Assembly (NCBI GenBank): GCA_010356995.1
Contig: ML996699.1
Coordinates: forward strand, 154,323 to 218,322
Length of the DNA: 64,000 bases
Direction: 5' to 3'
DNA from: Trichodelitschia bisporula
Taxonomy: Eukaryota
The translations under genes were made by a program, and so were the position numbers. Below are positions 12,113 to 24,363 of the stretch, piece after piece. The notes below the pieces were generated by a model. That model had not been told where the DNA came from. It did no database searches and saw nothing but the letters and a program-made list of their open reading frames with translations. The number at the start of each line of letters is the position of its first letter. Within the stretch, counting starts at the first letter, position 1.

Positions 12113-14734
12113 TCACCTCCCCTTAAAATCCCTCCTCAAATCCAGACTCTTCCCCGCCTGCCGTCCCCTCTCCCCCCTCCCGCCCTCCTCCCCACCCCAC
12201 CCCCCCAACTCCTGCAAACTGGCACTCTGCCCCCTTTGATGCCCCTCCCCATTCCCCGCCCGCCTCCCTTCCTCCCTCTCCCTAACCCTCTCCTCCCTCT
12301 TCTCCGCCCTCTCGGCAAGCTTCCCACGAAACCAAAGAAACGGATTCTTCCCCGCCCCCTCCTCCGACAAGCCTGGCGTCAACCCCGGCGTCCCAGGCGG
12401 ACTAAGCACGCGCTCAGCACCAAAACTCTTCCGACTCTCCCCACTGAGCACGCTACTCCGACTCGCACTAGCCGCGGCATTGGACCCAACCGTCTCCCTC
12501 CCCGCGCCGCGCCAAAACCGCTTCTTCTTCTCGGAGCCCGGCACGCCGCCCGCCGCCACCACCGCTGCCGCACTCGCCCCCTCCGCATGCGCCGTCTGCA
12601 CACCCTCGTCGAACGCGCCCGACTGCACCGTCGGGAAAGGCGTGATGCCTACGCCGCCCAGTCCGTCCGGCCCCTGGGCCTCGAGATCCGAGTGAGCCGT
12701 CGAGCGCGACCTTACCGATGGAGCGGGCGACAGCCCCGAGGGGTGCGAGCTGGTCGGGTGCAAGCTCTGACTCTGCAGCGCGGGCGACGGGGGCGGGAGC
12801 ATGGCGCCGGGCGTCGGCGGCACCAGGCCAGGCGACTGCAGCGGGGCGTGGAAGTCTTGCACCTGGGTGCCACCGGGTGCCTCAGTGCCGCGGTTCGGCG
12901 TCGGTGAAGAGTACATGTCCGGCACGGCGGGGACATCGGGAACGCTGCCTGCTCCGCTGCTCTCCGCGTCGGTGGGCAGCGGAGCTGCGGCATGGGTCAG
13001 CGACTGGACCGAGCTGTGGGCCGAGGGATTGGCGCTGCCGGGCCCGCGGCGCTTCTGCAGCTTCTTGCCGGAGGAAGGCTTGAAGAGAGCGGTTAGGCCA
13101 CGTGTAGTTGGTGTCGTAACAGGCGAAGTGGCTGGCGAGTCGTTAGGTGGCGGCAGGTCGAGCGCTTCGGGCTGCTCCGGGCGCGGTCTGGACATGGTTT
13201 CGGGCGTCGGCGTACTGGGTGTCACGATGGGGGTCTCGAGGATGGGGCCCTGGGGACCGTCTTCAGGGGCTGGCGTCTCGGGGTACGCGCCAGGTAACGA
13301 GCCGTGTACGGGGCCAGGGGTCAACGATGCGGGATGTTGTACCGGAGGCTCCGCCGGAGGTTCCACTGAGGCCGGGGAGGAGGCCTCGACAGGCTCAGCG
13401 ACCCCACCTTGCGACTGCAGAAGTCGTGTCTGACGCACAGTGGGCGACAGCGACGGGACTGTGTTGCTACGATGCACGCCGCTAGACGAAAGAGGTTGGT
13501 TTCCCGACGGCGTCATTGGAGTGACAGGGCTCGGCGCGACGGAGCTGCGACTCTGGCTCTGGCGCGAGCTGACGCTCATAGAGCGACGGACGTTGGCACT
13601 GTAGCGGCTGGCCGACGAGCCCGAGCGATGCACAGTCGTCTTCGAGCGCTTCGGACCGGTGGTCACCGTGGCGGGCGTGGGCGGGCCGGACTCGACTTCC
13701 TGCACTGTCTTCTCGTCCGCCTCGGTGCCCTGCATGCCGATGAGAAAGTGGTCCTGGTTCTCAATCAGGAAGATGAGCACATCTTGGCTCAGGCGGTACT
13801 CCGGTGGTGACATGTCGTGCGCCGGGTGCGACAGGATGCCAGGCTGAAAAATAGCTGCGAGGTTTGGCGTCGTCATCTTGTTCAGGTCGCTCTTAGACGC
13901 GAAAACGGCGAGCAGATCGAGGATGTAGAGCAGCAGCTGGCGGTTCAGTGGCGGCAGCTCGGTTATGAGCGTTTGGTAGGTGCGAATCGTCTCGTCGGCG
14001 TCAAAATGGCCCTCGGAGGGGGACTGCCCATCCATGTGTCCGACGGCCTGCGACTGGTGGCAGCGCAGCGGTTCGCGGAAGCGCTCGTAGAACTCGAGCG
14101 GGATTATAGGTTCTGGCAGCTGGTTGAAGTAGCGGCGAAGGATGTTGGCCGCATCGTGCACCGTATAGCCCGTCCAGTCGAGTCCTTTGCCATAGCGGTC
14201 GGGCGAGTTGAAAGCCTGGCGGAGTTCCTTAATACGCTTTTCCGAACCGCTGAGGCGAAATATGCCCTCGACATTGGTAGCTGTGGAGCGTTAGCGAGTG
14301 AATATGTACACGAAGGTATGACGTTGACTCGGACACACCTTTTTCCTTGAGGAATACGCCGCACTTTGCGACAACAATGGGCACGTAGCCGTAGACGTAC
14401 GACTTGCCCTCATTGTCCTGCAGCGAGATGGCCACATTGGCATAGCGAATACTAGTATGCAGCGGCACGCCGAAGATACCTTGTGGTTCAGAGACGTCGA
14501 CTAGATGGGGTAAGCTTGCAATTTGCGCGATGTGAGATGGCGCTCACCCTTCTCATCCTCACGCTTCTGGTTGCCACGCTTAAAGTTCCGCCACCATGAC
14601 GTGAGGTCACGGCGCGTGTTTGGTGCTTGCTCATCCATTAGTATGCCAGGTGAAAGAATGCCTGGTGAGAGAGGTTGCGGATGAGGCTCTGCGGGGCGAC
14701 GATGGGTGGGGTGAAGGTGGGTGCTGGGGCGCAT
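12113..14734 (-). CDS. Rho GTPase-activating protein (Sac7/Bag7-like)
   Basis: Introns 14501-14547 and 14281-14338 join DLTSWWRNF, GIFGVPL...YANVAISL...VPIVVAKCGVFLKEK and EGIFRLSGSEKRIKEL (arginine finger) to HDAANILRRYFNQLPEP and NKMTTPNLAAIFQPG. Long Pro/Ser-rich tail. The start could instead be the downstream Met (MDEQ). Confidence 0.93.
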
Positions 14735-16422
14735 AGCGCGTGTTGAGCTTCGACAGGCGAAAGCTCGCAGTGGTAATTGAAAGCACACTTGGTGCTATTG
14801 AGACGTAAAAGGTGCAGATGTACTCTTGTGCGTCCTACGCTTGTACGGGCATGTGCGACAGCGCGAACGCGATTCTTGAGATGTCAGAGGCGGGAGGTGT
14901 GGCGCGCGCTTTGTGGTGGTATTTTGGGGGGTTGCTTTGCTAGGCGGCAGCAGGAAGTGAAGGGGCGGGGCGCGGGCGCGTGCTGGTTCCTGGCTTTGGT
15001 AGGTGGAGAGGGGGGGTGGTGCAGGGTGTGAGAAATGGGATGCTTGGTTGCAGGGAGACGAGCAGAGAGGGCGACCGGTAGCCAGCGAAGGATTTGGTTG
15101 ATGATTTTGAGGAAGCGGATGAGGGATGAGATTTGAAGAGGAGTTCGATCGAAGAGGAACTGGGGGTCGATGCGGGGGTGAGGAGAAGGGGGAGTTGGGA
15201 TGAAGAAGCAGAAAAGGCTGGGGGGGTCGGTTTGAGCTTCGAGGTGGGTGGGAGGAGAGAGGAGAGAGGAGAGACAAGAGGAGAGAAGGGGAGAGGCGAG
15301 AGCGCGCAGCAGTAGCAACCAGCAACAACCAGCAGCAGGCAGTGCCAAGGGACTGGTGGCTGAGAGTTGCAGCGAGCAGGAGAAGAAAAGAGGATGCGAG
15401 AGGCGAACGATGATGCAGCAGAGCTAGAGATGTCCGGAGGAGGTTATAATTAGAGGTTGAAGCTGCGGTGATGGGGATGGCGACGAGAAGATGGAGATGA
15501 GGAGTTACAAGTATCGATGAAGTTGGAAGGTGGTGATGGGACGACAAGTTGGCGATGGAGGGGACGAGACGACTCTTTGCTTGCGATTCTCTCACTTTGT
15601 GTGTGGGCTTTCGAATCTATGCTGTATGCCCTCTAACATCTCTTGACGCTCATTTTTTTGCATCCTTTGAGGCTTCACTCTTACTCTCGTCTCTCCGTCT
15701 CTCTTTTCTGCTCCTTCGTAGTCGCCGTGCAGCTGGCGTAAGTGGATTGCACACGACGGGCTGCCTTGGCTGATGTAAGAGCTGGCGACCTTCACACCTC
15801 GTGCCTTGCGGATTGAGAGGAGAAGGGGAAAAGTTGGGCAAATACGTTGCGTAGTCGAGGGGCCTGAACACCAAGGGCTTTGTGGGCTTTGTGTAGTGCC
15901 AGGCTGCCAGGATGACAATCCCATTAGATTGTTTGATCTATTGCTTGATGCTGCTGCATCAGTTGCAGAGCACTATGAGCACGTTCAGACGACAGGACGG
16001 CGCACGCTCATCAACATTTAGCGAGTTGCGGTAGCTCCGTTACGTGTACCTCTTGCTATTATTACCTTGGGGAGTGGTGAAGAAGAGGACTACCAGATCT
16101 AAAAGCGACGAGACATATGTAATGAGGCCCGACTAAACAAGACACGAGAGAGGACCGAAACGCGCGATAGAGGCGTGAGAGGAGGAAGTGAGAGGAGGAA
16201 GCGAAAGAGAAGAGGCGATCCGCGGCAATCAGCCAACCAGCGCGCCGCATTTTTTTTGTTCAGAGTGAACATCCTGGGTCCTAAGGTCAAAGCGTCGACT
16301 GCAAGCAAAGAAACAGAGCGAGCATCTTTTTCGGCCCGGCAACCAGAGCTTATTGTACTGCACAGCAACACCTCTACCAGCCGACCCAACCAACCAGCCT
16401 CTACACCTACCTCACACTCACA

Positions 16423-16798
16423 ATGGACTCGTGCGTCTCTCTTGTCTTCCTTCATCCTTTACAGCCCCTGCTAACGTTTTCGGCAGTCTCACCTCCGCCG
16501 AGCAGCATGAGCTGGGTCAGCGCATGGAGCGGAAGCAGATCCGGGCCTTCATGGAGGTTCGCATGCTCGTTTCCCTTTGCGCGCCCCCACCCTAATACTC
16601 GGCCAGATGTACCAGAACCTCGTAACGCGCTGCTTCGACGACTGTATCACCGACTTCAGCACCAAGAGCCTGGGCTCTCGCGAGGAAAACTGCGTGCTGC
16701 GCTGCGTCGACAAGCAGATCAAGAGCCAGGAACGCCTGAGCGCTCGCTTCCAGGAGCAGAATGCCGCTATGGCACAACAGGGCAGCCTCGGGCGGTAG
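16423..16798 (+). CDS. TIM9: Mitochondrial small Tim chaperone Tim9
   Basis: Three exons give [39 protein letters not shown]...[11 protein letters not shown]...RFQEQN with a twin CX3C motif. Confidence 0.95.
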
Positions 16799-17328
16799 AT
16801 GCTTTTCAGTAAAGGAATGATGTGGCTTTGAATGGCGTTAGTGGGGATACTTGCTCTCTACTCTGCAATGTGCGGTTCCGGGGCGGATTGGAATGGGGCT
16901 GGGCAATGTGAATATGCAGTGATGTGCCTAGTCTGCTGCACGCAACGGAGTAATGACAATTGACGGTACTCTGCTACCTCCACGCTCTAGATTGCTAGTC
17001 TGGATCGTACCATAACCAACATGATGTCCACTATCGATTCATGATGACGCCACAGTGGCAATGGATTGATAGATAAGTGGCTGTGCAACAGCGATTCCAA
17101 GAAATCCAGGCCCAAGATTTCTCGGCGGACGACCTTGGCTTGCCGTCAGACGTTGCTGTGCAATCAACCTGCCAGCAGCCAGCGCCTTGAAAACCACGCG
17201 CACCCCAATCCATTTCTTGTATCCTTCAGCTTGACTTCCTTCACGTCAAAACAAACAGTTGCACCATATCGTGCCCTCCGCAACACCTTCAAAGCCACTA
17301 CACCAACTACAACTCCGCTACATACATA

Positions 17329-17511
17329 ATGGCCCTCATGTGGATGAAGAACTGGGGTGGCCGCCACGCCGGTATGTTGCCATTCTTCTTACAATGGCCG
17401 TCTAGACAGGCGAAACTAACACTCACAGGCGGTGGTGTCATCGTCGACAAGAACGGAGTGCGTCGCGCACCCTTTCGTTTCTCCCTCGGCAAATTCAGCT
17501 GCTTCCGCTAG
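17329..17511 (+). CDS. Putative 41-aa microprotein, one intron
   Basis: ATG in ATAATGG context. Intron 17372-17428 (GTATGT...ACTAAC...CAG). Spliced product MALMWMKNWGGRHAGGGVIVDKNGVRRAPFRFSLGKFSCFR with C-ending codons like neighbouring genes. Confidence 0.7.
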   Translation: MALMWMKNWGGRHAGMLPFFLQWPSRQAKLTLTGGGVIVDKNGVRRAPFRFSLGKFSCFR

Positions 17512-18118
17512 ATGAAGATGGCCCCTGGGAGAGTGGATGTTGGTTGGGGGGGACGAAGCTGGGATACGGCTCACAGCTGCATGTGCACCTTGACAAACGC
17601 GTAGTGCCTGCTCTTCTTTGAGTCGCACGGCATCGACGTTTACCTATGCTCCTACGGCTTTTTCTCTGATCATACATGATACCAATTTGCGGAGGCGTTT
17701 GTCGCGGGTAACGGGAAGCGGAGTAATGGAAACAGAGGAGATAGTTGCCAACATTCTTAAATCAGTGCCGGTACCTGCTTAAGATCAAATGTCCAGTGTC
17801 TGCATTCTTTTCATCTTAACTCGGTCTTCTCGAGTGTAGCCATCTCTGAGTACTCGGATTTCTGCCCCTCTACCGTAGTCCGCCTATGACGCACTTCTGT
17901 CGGCCCGTGCCTGACCCGCTTCTCCTCCCCCTGGTGCCCCACGTCGATCGCTTGCGCTGTGCGAGGGGTCATGGGCCCTGGCATGTGTCTTTCTGACATC
18001 GAAACAACAGAACAAGAACATCAACTTGGAACCGATTCTCCATCTCTCCATCTCTCTCCGTCTCCCTCTCTTTCTCCTTCCACATTCCCACACTCATACA
18101 CAACATCACCCAGCCACC

Positions 18119-20850
18119 ATGTCGCACCGTAGAGTCAAGGGAGTGTCGTACGATGGTGACTACGATGGCGACGATTATGACGATGACGGTGGCGACGAGA
18201 ACGGTAAGCTTCAAACCCGCAGTCCAGCGCTCGCGTCATGCGCTAACATTCTCAGTGATCTCCCCTGAGGACCGAGGTATGCGGTTGCAAGACGGCCGTG
18301 TACATGCTCACGATGCAGAACAATTGCGCCTCGGCGCCGTCGAGGTCCGTCGGCAGCTCGGTGATGTCGCTGTGACGGACAAGGAAGTTCTCGATGCACT
18401 GTGGTACTACTACTTCGACACCGACAAGACGGTCTCATACCTTAAGAGTGCGGCTCTTTCTTCATTTACGACGACTAGCTAACCCCAGCCAGACCTTCGC
18501 AAACCTACACCGAAGCCTGCTACAAAGAAGCCGAAGGAGAAGAAGGAGACTCCGTTTGACAAGGCTGCTGCTGCTGCGCAGAAGAACCCAGTTGGTGAGC
18601 CTCTCCTCCCTAAAATGCGCCCCCCCGAAATGCGTCCCACATACTGCCCGCCGGAGACTGGCCGCCTGGAGAAACATCGCAAACTGGGTACGCCCTGCGC
18701 ACACTTTCAGTGCTTCAGCTGATCCCGGCAGACCGCGCGCGTATGACGTTCCCTCTACCTTTTGTCAATCCGTTGCCGGCTTCGGCCTACTTCGATATCC
18801 CCTTGGGCAAGGTGCCGCGCCAACTCAACGCGAACCTCATCCATATGCCTATGTACCCTCCCGGCGGCCTCCTAGGCGGTGCACCACCCAAAGTCTCCAA
18901 GCTGGCAGCCCTTGCCGCGGCGAAGAAGAAAAAAATCGAAGAGGAGAAAAAGGTCGCCGCCCCGGCCGCCCCGGCCACGGATCGCGCCATTGCACTGCTC
19001 GACCGATTAACTCTGCACAAGGAGAACGCCCCTGGCAGTTCGGTCAGCCTGCGCAGCGTACCCCTCCCCGAACCCGCTGTGCAGCAGCGTCCCAAGCGCG
19101 CGTCCAGTCCCTCCAAAGAGCCCGCTCCGGATACCAAGCGCTCGAAGCCCACCGAGGCGCCTCGGGCACCCCGGGCGCTCTCCGCAGCGCCTTCGAGCTT
19201 TGCCATGGCCCTCTTCGTGGGCCGGCCTCCTGTCCCAGATGTCCGGTCTCCTAACCAGCAGGCGGGCAGCATGTTTTCTCCTTGCTTTTCATACACGAGC
19301 GAGTTGTTTGCTGAACACAACCCATTCGCAGGACCTAGCCCGGACGACATTGTGCTCAATGCGCAGAAAGGTCCGCGGCGGTCCTGATGGCCAGAACACT
19401 GGGCTGATGCATGTAAACAGGAGCAAAAGGCAAAGCCACAAAAGGCAATGCCGCGAAGCAAGAGCCCGATCTTGCACAAGGGGTGGCGGAGCTTGCGCTG
19501 GAGGGGTCACCCAAAAAGCACAAGAATCTCAATGTTGTAGAGGAGTATAAGAAGGCAAATATGAAGCATTCGGCTAGCTTTGTGGTCATCGGTTCGTAGC
19601 TTACTATCCCGTACCGCTCGGCACTCACATGTACAGGCCATGTCGACCACGGCAAGAGCACACTGATGGGGCGCTTGCTCCTTGAGCTCGGCGCCATTGA
19701 TACGAAAGCCGTCGACAAGCTGCGCCACCAGTCGAAAAAGGCTGGCAAGGCCTCCTTCGCGCTCGCCTGGGTAATGGACTCGACACCCGACGAGCGCTCC
19801 CGCGGCGTCACTGTCGACGTCGCAACGAACTACTTCGAGACGCCGAAGACGCGTTTCACCATCCTCGACGCGCCGGGGCACCGCGACTTCATTCCTAACA
19901 TGATTGCCGGCGCCAGCCAGGCTGATTTTGCAGTGCTGGTGGTGGATGCGGGCACGAACAGCTTTGAATCCGGCTTGCGCGGCCAGACCAAGGAACATGC
20001 GCTGCTGGTACGCTCTCTCGGCGTGACACGCCTCGTCGTTGCTGTGAACAAGATGGATATGGCCAATTGGGCGGAGGAGCGCTTCACCGAGATCTCGCAG
20101 CAACTGAGTGCGTTCCTAACCGCTGCCGGTTTCGCGCCCAAAAACGTCAGTTTCATCCCCGTCGCCGGTCTCCGCGGCGATAACATCGCAGCCGCACCCA
20201 CCGCTCCGGAGGCAGCTTGGTATAAGGGTCCGACGCTCGTCGCCGCCCTCGACGCTGCCGAGCCCTCGGCTCAGGCCCTTGAGGCTCCACTACGGCTGAC
20301 CGTCGCCGAAGTCTTTCGCCAGGCCGCTCACCCAACCTCGATTGCAGGCCGCATCGACTCCGGCACCATGCAGCCGGGCGATGCGCTCGTAATTGCACCG
20401 TCAGGAGCTACAGCCACAGTGCGTGCCATCGACATCGGCGGCAAATCCAGCGCGTGGGCCGTGGCCGGGCAGATCGCAGTCGTGCACCTAGGCGAGCTAG
20501 AAGGCAACATCAAGGTTGGAGACGTGGCGTGTGCGGCGGGAGCGGTCGTGCAGGTGGCCCACCGCTTCACAGTCAAGATTCTGGCGTTCGAGCATGTGTT
20601 ACCTATGTTTGTGGATGTTATGCGGGGGACGGCGGGCGTGGCCGGCCGGGTTGCGGGCCTGGTTGCCACGCTGGATAAGGCGAGTGGTGCTGTTGTGCGT
20701 AAGAAACCTCGTGTTGTGCCCCCGGGGCAGGTGGCGAGGGTTACGGTTGTTGTGGATGAGGGGGTGCCGCTTGAGGTTGGCTGGCGGGTTGTGTTGCGTG
20801 CTGAGGGGCAGAGTGTGGCGGCTGGGTTGGTGGAGGGGGTGGAGGAGTAG
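18119..20850 (+). CDS. HBS1: Hbs1 translational GTPase gene with an alternative Ski7-type exon
   Basis: HBS1_N region (DKEVLDALWYYYFD) and GTPase motifs GHVDHGKST, DAPGH, NKMD. Introns 18204-18255, 18277-18318, 18448-18492, 18595 (or 18688)-18731, 19371-19420, 19592-19636. The internal exon 18732-19370 carries SKLAALAAAKKKK, AAPSSFA and PFAGPSPDDIV. Confidence 0.93.
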
Positions 20851-20969
20851 GTGGGAGTGGTAGGAGCGGCTGGCGACTTCTTGATGCCGTGGGACTTTCT
20901 CAATGGGGATGTATCACGCCTGGGGCCTGCTTGGTGGCGCGTTCAGATTTCGGAGAGATATCCAGCAAC

Positions 20970-21054
20970 CACTCCGACAGACGTAGTCGACACGTAATCA
21001 AGCTACGTTGACACTCCGGCAGACGTAGTCGTCGACGTAATCAAGCTGCGTTGA
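20970..21054. repeat. Imperfect direct tandem repeat, 2 x ~42 bp
   Basis: cactccgacagacgtagtcgacacgtaatcaagctacgttga is followed by cactccggcagacgtagtcgtcgacgtaatcaagctgcgttga. Confidence 0.85.
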
Positions 21055-21888
21055 GTATTTCCTTTCATCGGAGTGGGTGCAGGGTGGACGGGCGTGCTTT
21101 TCCCAGTATCAACGGCAATTGCTCCTTCTCAATATCAACGCCGATGCTCGCTCACACTGTGAACGATAATGCCCCTTTCCTTTCCTTGCGCTCTACGGCA
21201 GGCACCGACTAACTGATGGCACCTACCTCACGGAGTTTGGGAAGCACCGAGTCCGATCTCATACGATTTTGCCACAGGTGGTCGAGTATAAATGCAAGTC
21301 CGTCCTGCGCTCTCTTCTTCATTCTTCATTCTCACTCTCAACCCACCACCCACCACCCACCACCCATCACGCCTCACTTCCACTCATCCACTCAAAATCA
21401 TCACTTAATTGCAAGCCCGGTTCGAGTCCAAACGGTCCATGCAGGCTTGCTAGCTCTGCTGCTCACCACTCAATACCTCTGACTGGTACACTATTCAATA
21501 CCTTGCCGACGCTTACGTGGACGATCACCAGTCATTCCACACATTCGTGGTAGTCATCGGCTCATTGATCCCCCCCAACCCAAGAGGTTTGGGAGCCACG
21601 AGGACCCGATCCATTCATCTTGTTTGGGATGGGATATATAACAGATGTCCCCGCACCTTGCTTTTCAGTCACCACATCATCTACCTTCATACCTTCTCAA
21701 CTGGCCCGCAACTACTCAACTTGCTCCGGCTCTCAGTTAATTTCGACCGTACCTACCTTCACCGCACCTCCTTCCATACCTTGCAAGTCGGCTCGTGAAG
21801 GCCCCGCTTGTTGTCGACCATCCTCTATATATACCCCTCTCCCCTCCACTCTTCGACAGACAACGCACTCTTCGACTACCTCCACAAA

Positions 21889-23720
21889 ATGAATTCTACC
21901 GCCTCCAGCAACCTTTCTGGCTTTGTCATCCCTCCCCACAACCCCTCTCCCTCCGCCGTCCCTCCACTCAACCCCTCTGCCGCCGCCTCTACCGGCCCCT
22001 CTGCCGCCACCTCTACCGCCCCTCCGTCTCTCGCCTTCACCGGCCCCTCGGCTGGTGGAGCTTGCACGCCGCTAGGTATTTCACCGACTTTACAAATTTG
22101 TTCTCTGCTAACCTGTCTTTACCAAGGCAAACAATCAATCGTACCATGGTACCTCCTGGGCCCGCCCCGCCCCCTCCAGTTGAGTCAGACACTCGAACCC
22201 GACGGCAGAGTGATCGGCTTGGAACAGGGCCGACCCATCGCGATCTTGGGGACGGCCACCGTGGCGGAACGCCTTGCCATACTCGAGGGGGACGACGGGT
22301 ACGTGTTCCCGCCAGGGGAACGGATCAAAAAACTGCAGAGGCTGCTGGAGGGGCCTGAGTTCCAGGCTCAGGCGACAAATATTCGGGCGGTCATCGAGAT
22401 GTACGAGAAGGGCGGGGTGGAGGTGGCCCGCGAGGCCTCGTCCGCCGGCCCACAAGCGCTCTGGATTGAGGTATGCATATCCGTCAACTATTCACACTTG
22501 TGTCTGTAACGTAAAGATTCTGACGCCAATTTAGAATATATCGGCGGTACAGGGCGCCCAGGTGAACACCGCGATGTACCCCGGAAATGGAGTGATGCCC
22601 ACTGCGACGATATGAGTTATTTTTCTTTAACATGGCTTCTGATTTTTGAAGTTGTTCATCGAAATTCGAGCCAAGCCGAAAACGAATGTTTGGTGGGGGG
22701 TGGGCGCCCGTCCTCCAGACGTCGGTGGTACTGGACACCGGGAGCTCGGCGATGGTGGTGTGGGAGTATGAGCTGGAGGACTTGGGCTTTCAAGGGCCGT
22801 TCGGGACCATGGTCGTCTCCTGTGCGAATGGGGTGTGTGAGCAGCTCCCAACTGTGGAGCTGTATGTCCGCCTCATCAACGTTTTTGAGAATTTGGTGTC
22901 GGATTGGTTCGAGGAGTTGGCAGTTGTTAGGACCAAGAGAGAGGGGATGTAACGATTTTCGGGTTCCAACTTGCCGGCGGTGAAGTGGAGGATGAGTGCA
23001 CCAGGAGGGCGTCCTTCCCCACCCTCACACTGCCTATGTCCAGGAGGGAGTCCTTGTAACCCCCAAGGATTCCTTCCTCTCTCGGAGCCCCGTTCGGCTC
23101 GAGGTAAGCATATCCGCCAACTGTCCGGACTTGTGTCTGTAACGTAAAGGTGCTAATGCCAGTTTAGAGCCTGGGTCAGGTGCAAGCCCCCCAGCTTGCT
23201 ACCACAACCTATCCCGCTCACTCCACCATGCCGACCGTAGAGGTATGAGGGAGTGCTGTTTATTGTTTTCTCTGGGGTTTGTTTTTCTGATATTTTTCAA
23301 GCTCTTCATCGACATCCGGATCCCTCCTCATCTTTCTGGGTTGGGCCATGTCATCCAGGCCACGGTGGCGCTTGATACAGGAAGCGCCATCACCGTGGTC
23401 TGGTGGTATGAGCTGGTGGTGTTGGGGTTTACTGACCTTTTACCGCACACATGGGTATCCTATGCAAATGGTTCTAGGGAGCAGTGTTTTTTCTGCCCGT
23501 AGAGATGCAGCTTTTGGATGGATCTGATCAGATTGTATGCGACTGGTTCTCGGAACAGGCCATCGTCAGGCGGGCCCGAGAGGGATTGCAGCGGTTGTCA
23601 GGTGCAGCCCTACCGGTCTAGAAGTTTAGAGCCAGCGCGAGGGGGGGACGACGGTACTTGTTGCCAACAACAAGTCGTAACTGGGAGCGATTCTTCCGAG
23701 TGTTCACAGTGGCTTTACCA
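21889..23720 (+). pseudogene. Disrupted gene with two tandem retropepsin-like (clan AA aspartic protease) modules
   Basis: VVLDTGS (DTG 22734-22742) and VALDTGS (23374-23382), each followed by ANG, DWF.E and R.SG. Homologous 64-nt introns 22471-22534 and 23104-23167. Lesions: donor ATATGA at 22610 versus GTATGA at 23243, frameshifts in G and T runs, in-frame TAA 22950-22952. Confidence 0.7.
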
Positions 23721-24363
23721 TTAGCATTTTGAAATCCAAGGCCTCCTTCGCACATCTACCTGAAGTTAAGGTCACCCTTTGCTGTGTACTCAGAAGTCAC
23801 AATCATGCAACGTACCTGCACTGATGCTTCGATATGTTCTCATCATTGAGAGCGACATTCTGACAAGATAAGGCTGAGACGGACCGGACCTTCATTGCGC
23901 CATCTTCTTGTGTCGGGCAGGATCAACTTGACTCCGGAGAACCTAGGCGGCACCCAACCACGGTGGTCAACTTCACTTTCGCCTTGTTACTTTGTGAACC
24001 GTTAAGCCCCCACTCTAGAAATATCATGCCTCATTCTTTTGCGTCATAACCTTGACCCCCTGAGTGCAGTATGAGCTGTCAATTACCGCCCCGAGGCACC
24101 CATCTTCATCATGTCACAACCCGCCATTTCACATGCCCAAGCTCCCGTACGCCTCATGCGCCTTGTCCCGCCAGCCTATCCCAGGTGAAACCCGCATCTG
24201 TGAATATCCCATTGGCGCCACGACCCCGCTCCAGCGCAGCCTGACCGGAAACCGGATTAGGTGGGCAACGAGCGGGAGGCGGATGTTCGCCTTAAGTAGC
24301 AAGAGCGGGGAGCAGATTTGATCAGTCAAGCAATTTCTGATTTTTCTCGTCTTTGTTGCAGCC

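Noticed and set aside
14795..15595. 266-aa Leu/Ser/Pro-rich ORF upstream of the RhoGAP
   Set aside because: Explained by CT-rich leader composition; no domain-like content.
20970..21054. Possible CRISPR-like repeat
   Set aside because: Two adjacent copies with no spacer, in a eukaryotic genome.
21419..21429. GGTTCGAGTCC resembling a tRNA T-loop / B box
   Set aside because: No A box, acceptor stem or cloverleaf upstream.
21889..23720. LTR retrotransposon suggested by the DTG protease motifs
   Set aside because: Spliceosomal introns are present and no gag, RT, RNase H, integrase or LTRs are visible.
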